Source of the DNA: a virus
DNA: 64,000 bases
Virus record (IMG/VR): IMGVR_UViG_3300045988_050969
Reading direction: 5' to 3' (one strand)
The notes under the pieces were generated by a model. It was not told the DNA's origin. It did no database searches and saw only the letters and a list, made by a program, of their open reading frames with translations. The translations under genes and the position numbers were made by a program. This document shows positions 1-11,970 of this stretch, in pieces (position 1 is the first letter of the stretch; each line of letters opens with the position of its first letter).

Positions 1-1716
1 CTGAGCCCATTGACTTAACTGACTTAAACCAGTCCTACGTATATTTCTAGCAGTAGCTCTATTCTGAGCATTAGCTTCATTAGCCATATTCGTAGCATTA
101 ACCCATTGCTGTCCTAAACTATTCATAGTATTAGCATAATCACCTAAGTACTGATTGTTAACATTACTTTCTTGAGATCTTAAACTAGCTATAGCTCTGT
201 CAGTATTAACAGCTGACTGTAATCTATAAGCTAAATTAGCTCCAGTACTAGTATTAATCTGACTAGCATTATAATTACTAGTAGCTCTATTACGGTTTAA
301 ATCTTCAATAGCAGGACTAATATCATATCTACGTCTACGCATCGTATTACTAATACTAGTAGCATAAGGATTATATACTGCATCAACTGTTTCAGGTCTA
401 CCAGTAAATAGATTAGACATAACAGGAGTTAAAGAAGCTATCCCTGACAAAGCAGAACCCCAATTAAATTTATTATTATCAGGCTCAGGTTTACTATAAG
501 CATTACTTTTAGGTAAAGTAGTAACCTTATCTGCTTGAGAAGTAAGGGCGTCTCCTAAACCTACCATTTCACTATTAGTAGCAGTTAGTAACTCTGGATG
601 TTTTGGTTTCAGCGGATTAACTGTACCATACCAAGTAAACGGTAATTCTGGTTTACCTTCATCAATTAATCCTGTATTCGTAGAAGTAGAAGTTGCTTTA
701 CGTCTACGTGTTGGAGTACTAGTACTTGCTGTAGCTGTATTTGATGCAGTTGGCACATGATACCATTGATTATTACCAGTTCCCCACTGTACACTAGCTC
801 CCCATTTACGATTAGGGTTATAGATAGCATCTACTATTCTATCTCCTAAACCAGGTTTAATCTCATCACCTAAAGCAGCTGCTTGTATCTACTTAGTCTT
901 AGGTTTAATACCTTTACTTTGTTTAACAGATTCCTACATAGCAAATAACTAATCATGAATCATATTATTATTCATTTCATTTAGTTTTGCTGCATTCTCT
1001 GCAAATCTGTCATTATATTTACTTTTCTTCTTTGCCATCATTTTCTCACCAAGTTGTGCAAATGTTTCTTTTCTACCAGGTACTTTAAGCTTATCACTTA
1101 ATACTCTACTACCTTCAGGTAAACTAACTAAATTACTGTCAGTAGGTTTATTATTCTCTGGTACTTTACTTATACTTCCATCGGGAGTCTATATTAATTC
1201 ACCATCATCTACATACGCTAGAGAAGAGGACATTCCTCCATTAGCCATAGTATCTGTATTCATCCCTATCATATCTTCATATGCTTCACTTTGTAGGTAA
1301 TTAGTACCTTGTACAGCGGCTCTATTACCATAAGCATTCTTCTTAATTGCTGCTCTTTTCCTACGAAGTTTTCTATTACTAAATGCTCCAATTAGACCAC
1401 TACCAAGACTACCTTCATCATAATCAGTAAAAGAAGTCATTCTAGCCTCTTCACCGGATCTACCTATTAGCCCTATACCTGCTCCTACTGCAGCACCAAT
1501 TGGACCAGCAACTTGGAAACCAGTAGCTGCACCACTGGCTATGTCACTTACAGATTGTGCAGCAGCTTGCCCTCCTGTAGTAGCGTTAGATTTCTAAAAA
1601 GGAGTAGTTAAAGTATTTAATATATCAGGAGCATTTTCAAGCATGTTATTCCCAATTTCTTTGAATTGAGTTCCAAATGCATATGCTGGTACTTTTGTTT
1701 TCTTTTTACTTTTCAT
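1..1716 (-). CDS. virion/tail-associated protein; its 3' end is cut by the window edge; TAG-recoded
   Basis: ATG at 1716..1714. One frame runs to position 1 (1716 nt = 572 codons) if minus-strand TAG is sense. ORF-track fragment 1189..1440 is in this frame. Confidence 0.55.
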
Positions 1717-1717
1717 A

Positions 1718-4700
1718 TTAAATTAATGAATTTCTGTATGTTGTTGTAATCTATGGTATTTCAAAAGTATGATCTATATCAGAATCTAACTCATAATCGC
1801 ATATCATATACTTACCTCTTAACCTAGCAGGTAACGATAACGCATCTTCATTCTTATCTGCTCTAGGTATAGGGAATCTAAATGTATCTTCTCTATAATC
1901 AGTTATTATATGTTGTTCAGGAGTAATAACATTACCTTCTTCATCAAGTTCTTCTTCAGTATGCTCTCTAATAGCTTCTTGATGTTTGGTACTGAATTTC
2001 ATATAATCTATGATATCGTCCTTAATAGACTCTTGATTACCATCTCTAAACTCTCCTTGTAATCTAACATTATCAAATACTTTAGTATAAGGAGCATTCT
2101 TATTAATAACTATTTCTAATTTAGCTTTTCTATCTAAAGGAGTTAACCCTATTACTCCAGTATCATGTATAGTATGCAATTCATTGTCTTTTATTGCTAC
2201 TACTCTATCAGAAATAGGTAACGACCATTTAGGATTAAATGTATAGAAAGATGTAAATCTACCTAACTACTCATTAAATACTAGTGGTTTATTTAGTACA
2301 TTAAACCATACCTCATTATACTTCTTATCAAATAAAGACATAGCTTTAGCTCTATCTTCTTTAATGTTTTTATTAAAGTAAGATTGTACCTGCTTTTCTT
2401 TAGATAACTAACTTACTTGACCTGTATAAGAACATATTTCGTTCTTATCATAATCGTACCAATAAAGCACATTATCTGAATTAATTATACTCTTGTCATT
2501 CTTAATAGACGAACCATTAGTAGTAGTTACGTAGTCGAATCTACTTAATATACCACCAGTACCTAATACTAGTTGATTTACATTATCGTCAGTAATAAGT
2601 GATCTTTCATTGACAGAAGCTACTCCTACTCCAGTATCTTGGAAATAGAATAGTCTATCTTTGAATACTTTTAGATTGGTTATGTCTCCCCACTGATTAT
2701 CTACATCTAAGTAATCAGCTACTTTGAATTTAGACCACTAATCTATTACTTCATTATTAGTCTTAGCCTATGAAGTTAATATTCTATTAGTATACCTTAC
2801 GTCTTTATCAGCATACATAGAATTAGGTACATACAATTTACCAGTATTCTATACTGAGTAAACAGAATTATATACAAAGTAAGGAAGATCCTGTACGTGT
2901 ATATCTTGCATCTGTGTAGGTTCTAACTATAACCAAGAGTCTGCAAAGTTTGAACTAGTTACGGTTCTATGAATCTAATCACCGTGGAATAAATTCATAT
3001 TAACAGTACTCTCAAATGGTATATAAGATCCTATGTAGTTTTTCATACCATCCCATTCCTTAGCATCAGGCAATTGGAACAACATAGTATTAGGATAATC
3101 TAACAGGCTTAGATAAGTATCCCCTCCGAATACATATTTACTATCGTGTGCAGATATACTTATATATACTGAATTCTATCTAGATGAAAACGTATTACCA
3201 CCATATATGGAATTACCATCACGTTTAATATTAAATACAGGAATAGCATTAGTAGCATCAAAAGGATGAAGTTCAGAATACTTATTAGTAGGTACACTAT
3301 TAAAACCTGTAAATGTATTACTTAATTCAGGCACATGAGCTATGATACATGGACCAGCTGGACCTTGTAATGACTGATTGTCGTTATGAATAAAGTCAGA
3401 CATAGAATAATTAGTATAAGTTCTATTACCAACATTTATTCTTTTAGCTACAACATCAGGAGCTCCATACATATTATAATCTATATTAGGCGGATATTTA
3501 GCGTCTTCTATATATGATATATCTTGAGACTGACCAAAGGTTGGAATAAAATATTTAGCTATAGATGCTCCGCGATATACCTTCTTGCCTCTACTATCCT
3601 AATAAGGAAATCCTACTGCTAATACGTTAAGATCCCATCTTCTACCATAACCTACGTATGGTACAGTATCTTGTTGTAATACTTCTCCGTTTACCTAGGT
3701 AACATAATCTGCTGCAGCGAATATACTACGGCTTACACTATTACCTATAGTATTACCATTAGTGTAGTTGTCTTTAAAATCATCAAATTTGCTATCGTTT
3801 ACTTTTCCACCAACGAATGGGGAATAGTATGAACCAATTCCATCTAAGTACACACTACCTTCAAATAGTCTAGTTGCATCATCTCCTTGTACACATATCT
3901 CTGGAGATACTAGGCGTATATAATCATTTGCCCTCATATTAAGAGAAAAGTTACCAACGTCTTCAGCTGTACCTGTCGATATTGCTAACTGTTCACCAAT
4001 TAGACTACAGAAAAAAGGAGTAGGTCTCATCTCAACGCTGCTATCCAATTCAGTACCTTGTCCTACATACTTATCCTACTCTTGAATTCTATACTCGTAC
4101 ACGTAACTACCTACAGTTTGCATAAGTACAGTTCTATCACGTTCAGTTCTATCACAACGAACTATTTCATAACTTACTGCGCCAACCGGCATTTTCTTTA
4201 CTTTAAATTCTATACCTAAAGCATTACCTATAAGAGTATTGTTCTCATATCTAAATGGAGGCATTTGAGAAGCATGAGGCATTCTAATGTCGCCTATCCA
4301 GAGTACAGGAGAAGCTACAGATTTATCATTATAGAATATTATACCAAATCTATATACTTCATCTCTCTAGTATCCTCTATAATTAGCAGCTATATACGGA
4401 TCAGCGTAATTAGGTATATATGGATTATTCTTCTGCTCTTCAGTAGGCTGTACTATTTCAGGCATTTTATTATCACCCCTGTTTATATACCTAGTATTAT
4501 TTCTAACAGTAGGTACATCCATACTACAGGATTGATCCAATCTAAACTTATCTTGTTTACTACTTAGATTTATATCTGTAGTTACAAAGGAATACTCTAT
4601 ATTAATACCGTAACCACCTAATTCACCATCTTTATTGTATATATATGTATTCTAAGAATTAGATGCATCTTTTGTATACTTTACATTATTAAATGGATTT

Positions 4701-5890
4701 ATACAATCGTGAGTAGTAGGAACACGTTTAATAGCTTCATCATCTGTTATAGACAGACGAATATTATTACTATCTAAACTAGATAACAGCTATACACTTC
4801 CTTCTGAGTTAGCTCTATATGCTCTAGCATCATAGTCATTACCATCTTCATCTTCTGGTATCCAAGTATTCTCTGTTACGTTAGCAGCGAATAATCTATT
4901 TTGCATTTTAGCAAGAGTCTACGCTATAAACTAATAACCAGTCATAGCATTAAACTCATCTATAGATATATCGCTTAATGTAGAACCATAATCTACATAC
5001 TGAATATCTGTTTGACCATCTGGAATATCTATTTCATCTACTATACTAATAACAGGAGTAGAGTTATTCTGTTCATAAAATAGGCGTATTACTCTTAACT
5101 TATTGAAGTCCTAAAGAGATAGCTCAGTAGATAACATTACTGATTTGTTAGATGATTTATTCAAGCCAGTACCTTTATATTCAGAACTACCTTGGCTAGT
5201 TACACTATTTGTTAAGTGAATTAACTCACTCATTGGAGAAGTAACAGTTTCAGTACCATGCACATTAAATAATTGATAACAATATGTTACCATTCCAGCT
5301 TTAAGATTACCTTCAGATAACCAACGGAATTTAAACGGCAATAAACTTACTACTGGAGTTATTTCTAATGAACCAGGATTGATTATATTCCCATTCTCAT
5401 CTATAAGATTAGAATTGTCTATATACTCATTACTCATTATGTTAACAATCTTAATAGGACTGTTTCCATCAGTAAAGTATATCTTTATGTTAGTATCTGA
5501 TTCATAGTTACCTACAATACTTAGTGTGGGATTCTTAGATAAATCTTCACACAACCCTAGAGCTCCTTTACATACTAATTTGATTTGAGGCATATTACTA
5601 TCAAACCCCATTAATCTGTATATCTTATTAATGTTATCAGATGTTTTAGTTATTACTACTGCAATATCATTTATAGTAGTAGTACCTATTATAGTCTCAT
5701 CTTTAGGTATAATAGTATCGTATCTTCTAGGGTTCTCTATACTTTGTAATACTCCTGTAGTTCCTCCATCATTAGTGATAACACGAACATCCTCAGCATA
5801 TCTATACTGAGTATCCGGTATCAAATTTACGTCCTAGTCCATATTAAGACCACCCGTAAATGTATTAACTTGTGCAGTATTACTTATCAT
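1718..5890 (-). CDS. very large (1390 aa) virion/tail protein, TAG-recoded
   Basis: ATG 5890..5888, TAA 1718..1720, 4173 nt = 1391 codons. ORF fragments 5111.., 4076.., 3695.., 3176.. and 1751.. are all in phase and separated only by plus-strand 'cta'. About 19 in-frame TAGs by hand count. Confidence 0.75.
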
Positions 5891-6801
5891 AATCTATTCT
5901 AATTATAAATATTTTGTTCATCTCCACTAGTAGAAAAGAACATACTATGATCATTAATTTCAGGGTATAATTTAGTATAGATATTACTAATAGTTTCTAA
6001 ATCGTCTACAGTGGGCATCATCGCTTCTGCATATGCCTACTTACGATAGAAGTTATAAGAGTTACGTATATCATAGTAATCTCCTTGACTTATCTGACCT
6101 TTTAACTTTTTAGGATACATTAACTTCATAGTAACATACCAGTATATAGCTTCTTTATAAGATTCTAAATCTGGTATCATTGGCATACTATCTTCATCAG
6201 TATATATAGCATAGTAGGATATTTTAACAAATCCTCTAGGCATGCATGTATTAATATAACCAGGTTTAGTAGTATATTGTAATTCATTACTAAACATGGT
6301 GCCATCTCTATGATCTACTACTCCAGGAACAAATTTACCATTTACTGTACCTACTGTCCATTGATTAAGTAATATACTTAATGTTTGCCGTAAGTTAGTG
6401 TCTTCATTTAACTTTTCTAATGCTTCTCTATCAGTATTTAAATTGAACATATTCTTTACTAATGGAAACATTGCAGTATCTGGAATTAACATACAAGGTT
6501 CATTACTGCATTCACGGTCATGGAATACACCAAAACTAGAAGTAGCTTTCCTCATAGGTAACCATCCTCCTCCATTACAGAATGAAAATGCTACTTGACC
6601 TAATTTATATAAATCACAAGGTAAAGCAACCTAATGGCATTCTATTGGTAGTATAGCTACCTTATGCTCATACTATTGTATAGCTCCTATCTTAAGAATG
6701 GCTTCCATGCACCACTCGCGCATATCTGTAATTCGTATATCAGATTCTTGTAATTGCAAATCCGCGATCACTTTAGCAATAACTGTGTTTGAGGATATCA
6801 T
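5887..6801 (-). CDS. hypothetical structural protein (304 aa), TAG-recoded
   Basis: ATG 6801, TGA 5887..5889, 915 nt = 305 codons. Contains fragment 6037..6555 in phase. ATGA-type overlap with the next gene. Confidence 0.65.
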
Positions 6802-6812
6802 TCTATTATTTA

Positions 6813-7274
6813 TCATTTCTCAGGATAATCTCTTAATCGGTTAAAAATCACTTGTGCCAACTCTCTTTTGCAATCTCTACATGCTATAAATTGATATTTA
6901 CCTTTATTAGTTAGTAAGCATCCTTGTTTAGACCAGAAGAATCTGTACTTATAATAATTACTGTGTTCATTAAGTAAGTACACGGGCTTACCAGTTTCTC
7001 TTGTGGCTTTCCAATCCCATCTAAGACTCTTATTATCAAATGATTTAGGTAAATGTTTAATTATACTCAAAGTACCTAACCTACATGGTAACTTTACTTC
7101 TTTACATTCATACATTATTTCGTTTTTAATGTATTTAAAGTAATCAGTAACTATAGCTTTAAAAGTCTTTAAATCTACATCGTACTAAGTATTAGGTTCT
7201 ATGTACTCCTTATAGCTTATATAATAATCGGCAATAGTATAGCACTTTCTCTAATATTTTAATCTCTCTCTCAT
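6813..7274 (-). CDS. hypothetical protein (153 aa), TAG-recoded
   Basis: ATG 7274, TGA 6813..6815, 462 nt. Extends fragment 6813..7115 upstream through two TAGs. ATGA overlap with the upstream gene's stop. Confidence 0.55.
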
Positions 7275-7915
7275 TTATTATTAACTCTATTCTGCGTATC
7301 ATCATGTGCATCATTACTATCATCACTAGGCATAGTAATCATAACAGATAATTCTCTTTGCATTATCATTTGTGTTATTACTGGTATCATTGCAGATGGT
7401 ATAGGAAATTCACTATCTGGATCAAAACAAGCGTTGAGTTCTGTGGGGTCTTCGGCTATTACATCTACGCTGATATACTCTAGCTGATTAGAATCTCCAT
7501 CTACATATATTCTATTGTTTTTAACCCATGCGATGTAATCTTTACATGTAGCCTTTCTATACTTCTATAATTTAGCTTTAGTACGACTACCTATCTAAAT
7601 TATATTACCAAACATATCACGTACATTTATTACTCCAGGTCTATAGTTAAAGTCTATTAACTTAGGGAGTTCTTTATCTCCTACATAAGTAAAGTAACCT
7701 GGTACAGTTTCTTCACGATCTAAGTGGATAGGTTCTATAGTAGTAAGATACATATCATTTATATCTCTGTCTTTATCTATGTCTTGCTTTATTAACATAG
7801 CTCTGTAACCTATAATCCACTTTTCAATTTGTGCTCTACTTAAATGCTCAGACTCTGCAATATTATTATTGCGAGCAATAAGTAGAATATTATCAATTAA
7901 CTAGTTAAGTGTCAT
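7271..7915 (-). CDS. hypothetical structural protein (214 aa), TAG-recoded
   Basis: ATG 7915, TGA 7271..7273, 645 nt. Fragment 7595..7798 is in phase. Confidence 0.6.
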
Positions 7916-8036
7916 ATCTTATTTCTAATAATGTTATAAAGCTTAAAACGCATTTTAAGGCCTTTAGAGACACTTTACGTATTGTAGCTTACAATCCCTT
8001 ACCTTAACTAATAGCGTTTCTTACACGAGCTTAAAA

Positions 8037-8067
8037 CAAAAAAAGGTTGATCTTATTGACCAACCTT
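8037..8067 (-). terminator. rho-independent terminator overlapping the stop of 8053..8616
   Basis: Minus strand reads AAGGTTG-gtcaataagat-CAACCTT followed by TTTTTTTG. Confidence 0.6.
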
Positions 8068-8616
8068 ATCCATTGCATTCTTCATATCCTAAGGAAGCAT
8101 TTCCTTCATAGGTGGTGGCACCATCTAATTAGCTTTCCTTATTATATTTTTTAATTCGTTAACTTCTTTCTATAACTCTATTATCTTATCATTCTCTTTA
8201 GCTGGTTCATTATCTACTCCAAGCTTATCTAACAGAGTCTAACACTTAGCCATTTCTTCATCGCATTTAGCAATGGCTTCTTTTCTTTGTTTGTAAGTAT
8301 TATATTGATTACGTACTATACTTATAATTTCCTATTTATCTGTAGCTATAGTAAGTCCTATAGCATTGTCTGTTATAACTGATTTGTTCTCAGGTATAGT
8401 AAATTTCTTAGTTTCTCCATTACACTAGATAGTTATATCTACTACTTTCTTTCTAGGTTGATTAGGCATAGGAAATTGCCCAGGTGGTAGTGGCTCATCA
8501 TATACTGCACTTACTTGAGTAACAGAACCTTCATTATACTCAGTAGTCTTTTTGAATGTCCCAACCACTTCTATTATATATACTTTATCACCTATATTTA
8601 ATTGATTGAATAACAT
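8053..8616 (-). CDS. hypothetical protein (187 aa), TAG-recoded
   Basis: ATG 8616, TAA 8053..8055, 564 nt. Fragment 8425..8616 continues in phase through TAGs. Confidence 0.55.
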
Positions 8617-8632
8617 AATAAGTTAGTTTTAA

Positions 8633-8651
8633 GGGGCTCATTTAGAGCCCC
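8633..8651 (-). terminator. GC-rich hairpin downstream of 8660..9100
   Basis: GGGGCTC-attta-GAGCCCC, a 7-bp stem. The flanking U-run is weak. Confidence 0.4.
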
Positions 8652-8659
8652 AATTTGTA

Positions 8660-9100
8660 TTAAGCTGCCGGTGTAGCCGGTACTACTATATGATTAATTA
8701 CTTGGAAGATTCCGTCACATTTGTTATAGTATATAAGATATCTGTTACCAGTTGTAATTTCATTATTTGTCATTTGAGCTCCGGAACCATTTAATAGAGC
8801 TTTTGCTCCAGTAGATGTAATAACTGTAGTTGTATTATCAATCTATCTATTAGTAAAGCTAGTAGGATCTAAGAATACTAAATCCGTAGGAGTAGCTGCA
8901 CTAGCAGGAGTAGATGTTACATGCAGTATAAATAAACCTTGGCATGGGAGTTGTCTCCACAGTTTAGGACATATACCATAAGTAACTGAAGTAGTCGTAG
9001 TATCGGTAGTAACATAGTTAGTTCTCAATACTGGAATACCAAAATTATCTACAGTTCTTACTCTACCTCTATTAAAGTAGTTTAAAAAAGGATAAAACAT
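8660..9100 (-). CDS. hypothetical protein (146 aa), one in-frame TAG
   Basis: ATG 9100 is preceded by AGGAGG. TAA 8660..8662, 441 nt. The TAG at 8843 joins the two halves in phase. Confidence 0.5.
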
Positions 9101-9117
9101 AGCTGCCTCCTTTCTTA

Positions 9118-10035
9118 TTAGCAACCGCATCCGCAACCGTTATTATAACCGTAGCCGTAGCCGTAGCCATAATCATTCAAGCCACCCTGACAACCAAAAG
9201 GATTGCAAGTTAAGTAAGCAGGAACAGGACACGGACGAATTTGATTAACGATGTTTGCAGTTTGAGCTTGCTGAGAAGCAGACAATTGTAAAGCTTGTTT
9301 ATCTTCACGCAAAGCATCGATCTTATTCTGCATTTCTCTCATTTCGAGTTGACAGAACTTATCATTGATAATTTGAGTCTGTGCATCTATCTTAGCACCT
9401 ACAATATTAAACTTAGATGCATTATCAGCCATTAAAGAATTGAATCCATTAGTAATAGCGTTCTGCAGTGTGTTAGTCTGATTGCATACAGACAGCTGAT
9501 TTTCATAACCCATCTTAGTGATGTTGTTATTTACACCGCTAATAGATTCTCTAACATTGCAGCAGCAGCTAGCTAACTGAGAAGCCAAGCTTGCATTACC
9601 AGAAGTAATAGCATTAATTACTTCACAGCTAGACAATTTAGTATCGCAAGAAATCTGGCTTACTCCAGAATTGATAGTGTTAAGAGCTGTCTGAACAGAG
9701 TTAATATCACAATTCAAAGTATTAGCCAAGTTATTGATGGCATCTTTATTACCATTAATAGCCTGCATCAACAGATTAGTGTTAGCGTCACTGTTCAGTT
9801 CAGAAGCAAGAGCACCAGCGTTACGTCCGCCGAAACCATTACCACCGAAACCACCCCAGCAGAAGAAGATCAAAATGATCCAAATCCACCACCAACCGCC
9901 GTTTCCACCGAAACCACCGTTGTTCATCATAGCCATCAAAGCAGCCGGATCCATACCTTTATTAGCGTTTTGCATTAGAGCAGCAAGACCAGCGTCAATA
10001 CCGCGATCCTGCACAATAATTCTATCTTCTAACAT
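9118..10035 (-). CDS. Gly/Trp/Cys-rich membrane protein (305 aa)
   Basis: Intact ORF with no TAG. N-terminal GGFGGNGGWWWIWIILIFFCWGGFGGNGFGG segment, a Q/N/S-rich helical middle with many Cys (including CCC), and a C-terminal YGYGYGYGYNNGCGCGC. Visibly higher GC than its neighbours. Confidence 0.7.
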   Translation of the reverse strand: MLEDRIIVQDRGIDAGLAALMQNANKGMDPAALMAMMNNGGFGGNGGWWWIWIILIFFCWGGFGGNGFGGRNAGALASELNSDANTNLLMQAINGNKDAINNLANTLNCDINSVQTALNTINSGVSQISCDTKLSSCEVINAITSGNASLASQLASCCCNVRESISGVNNNITKMGYENQLSVCNQTNTLQNAITNGFNSLMADNASKFNIVGAKIDAQTQIINDKFCQLEMREMQNKIDALREDKQALQLSASQQAQTANIVNQIRPCPVPAYLTCNPFGCQGGLNDYGYGYGYGYNNGCGCGC

Positions 10036-10064
10036 AATTGATTTAATTTAAAAATTGATTTTTA

Positions 10065-10700
10065 TTAATATCTAACGTAGCGAACTGCTTTGCCACGTCC
10101 ATATTCTGAATAAGGTTCGTACTCTTTTTCTCTTTCGAGCATACGTTCATAATCGTCTTCATAGTCTCTAGCTCTGCTAGTAGAATATACTCTACGACCA
10201 CCACGCATCATACCACCTCTTCTACCACCTCTACGGAATAAGCCTATGCGTTCAAATTCGTCGTCATCATCATCTTCGTATTTTTCACGCTTTTCAACTT
10301 CTTCCTCATAGCATTCCATTTCAGCTTGTCTGATCTTATCACACATAACGTAAATATAGTAATACCACATCTTACCTTCATCAATGTCTTTGTCATTGAT
10401 CCAAGCTTTTGCCAATTCAACAAAATGTTTAGTGCTATTAGAATTAGTCATACTTATAATTACCTTATAGTAATCAGAATAAACCATGTTAAGTGCTACG
10501 AACCAATCATAACGATTAAATCTGCTACCCAGATTTATTCCGTATTGACTAGCTAATGCGGTAGTTTCTTCTACAGACCAATGTGGTCCACGAGTACCAT
10601 CCTCATTTTCCATTTTACTTACAGCTTTACGGGCATGTTCCTCATTGAAGTGAGGACCGTGTTCTGCTTCGTAAGCCTTTACACGAAATATTCTATGCAT
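10065..10700 (-). CDS. hypothetical protein with an acidic tract and an RGG-type C-terminus (211 aa)
   Basis: Intact ORF with no TAG. Contains DDDDDEF followed by RRGGRRGGMMRGGRR. Higher GC than neighbours. Confidence 0.7.
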   Translation of the reverse strand: MHRIFRVKAYEAEHGPHFNEEHARKAVSKMENEDGTRGPHWSVEETTALASQYGINLGSRFNRYDWFVALNMVYSDYYKVIISMTNSNSTKHFVELAKAWINDKDIDEGKMWYYYIYVMCDKIRQAEMECYEEEVEKREKYEDDDDDEFERIGLFRRGGRRGGMMRGGRRVYSTSRARDYEDDYERMLEREKEYEPYSEYGRGKAVRYVRY

Positions 10701-10733
10701 ATTATTATTGATTAATATTATTGAATATATTGA

Positions 10734-11375
10734 TTATTGTTTAGGTAACTCGATTACACGAGTATCAGTTACCTTGATTATTGGGTTACTGTTAACTATC
10801 TGATATTTTTTGGTACGTATACGTTTCCAATCAAAGTGCCAGAACCTAACCCAGCCATTCTTATACTTATTACGATATTCTTTCTTTTCTTCTACAAACA
10901 GAATCTGTTGATTCTTAATATCTAATGTGGCTTTAAGGATTGAGTCCTTCCTACTAACTATGATAGTTGTTAATGGATTAATTTTAAGTTCTTCGTCAAA
11001 ATCTATTAACTTGTGTTTTATAATAGTTCTGACTGAATCTTTAATCTCAGTATTGATTACATTTATATTAGTTAGGTTCTTGTCTTTGATTTTGAGCTTT
11101 TTCTAAGCATCCTTGGTTTCTTTTAATAAACTATCATTACTAGTATTTAGTTCTTCTATAGTAAGCTATAACACTCTGTTTAACTATTCTTTCTAGGATG
11201 CTAATTGCTCGTAAGCTCTAACATTGTTAGTTATTCTGTCAATCTCTTTATTCTTCTTTTGTAGCTAATGGTTCTAAACAAAAACAGTCGCAATAAGTAA
11301 ACTAACTAAACCTACTGCGACTGCTCTGAAATTCCTTGTAAACCAATTAACTAACTAATTCAGTATTGGAATCAT
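10734..11375 (-). CDS. spanin-like protein: N-terminal TM anchor plus long coiled coil (213 aa), TAG-recoded
   Basis: ATG 11375 lies inside the 3' end of the holin-like gene. TAA 10734..10736, 642 nt. TM segment AVAVGLVSLLIATVFV is followed by heptad-like K/E/Q/L-rich sequence. Confidence 0.4.
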
Positions 11376-11856
11376 CTGGTAATTCTTTATCTAATGATAT
11401 ATCTAAATATTTCTCTCCTTTTGCTTTTATAACCTTTTTGAGGATTTTCCATATTTTCCATTTAGGATATAAGTCGCTAAATGATTCTAGTAACGACCAA
11501 AACTCAACTAAGGCTATCATTCCTGCTACTATTTCTACAGCGTGCAAGTTAATAGAGGTTACTACCAGCTAATCTATTATTGATGCACTAGTTATTGCTA
11601 CTGCTGCATCTCTAGTCTTCCATATAGTTTTCCATGCTTTATGTGATTCAATCTTAGGATGCCCATATTTTTTAGAGACTTTATAACCATAGATAGCATC
11701 AAGTAGTATCAATATACCGACAGCAGTGATAGGAACCCATACAGGTGCGAATATAGAAAGTAGCCCAGTTATAACAGAAGCTACGCATTTATTCGCACTA
11801 CTGAACATGTTCTTAAATATTGACATAGTATGTTCTCCTAATTGTTGGTAATTCAT
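11347..11856 (-). CDS. holin-like membrane protein (169 aa), one in-frame TAG
   Basis: Fragments 11569..11856 and 11347..11547 are in phase (offset 222 nt) across a TAG. Several hydrophobic helices. The LLDAIYGYKVSKK segment resembles the phage holin-4 family. Confidence 0.5.
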
Positions 11857-11871
11857 AGATAGTAGCTGATA

Positions 11872-11925
11872 ATAAAAATCAAATAAGCCCTGACAGATTA
11901 AAAGGGGAGTAAAATCTGAGAGGGC
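11872..11925 (-). terminator. terminator-like hairpin after the RT gene
   Basis: GCCCT..CAGATT / AATCTG..AGGGC imperfect hairpin, followed on the minus strand by TTATTTGATTTTTATT. Confidence 0.5.
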
Positions 11926-11970
11926 TCGAAATTCCGTTTGAGATTATAATTATATAACGATAAGGTTTAT

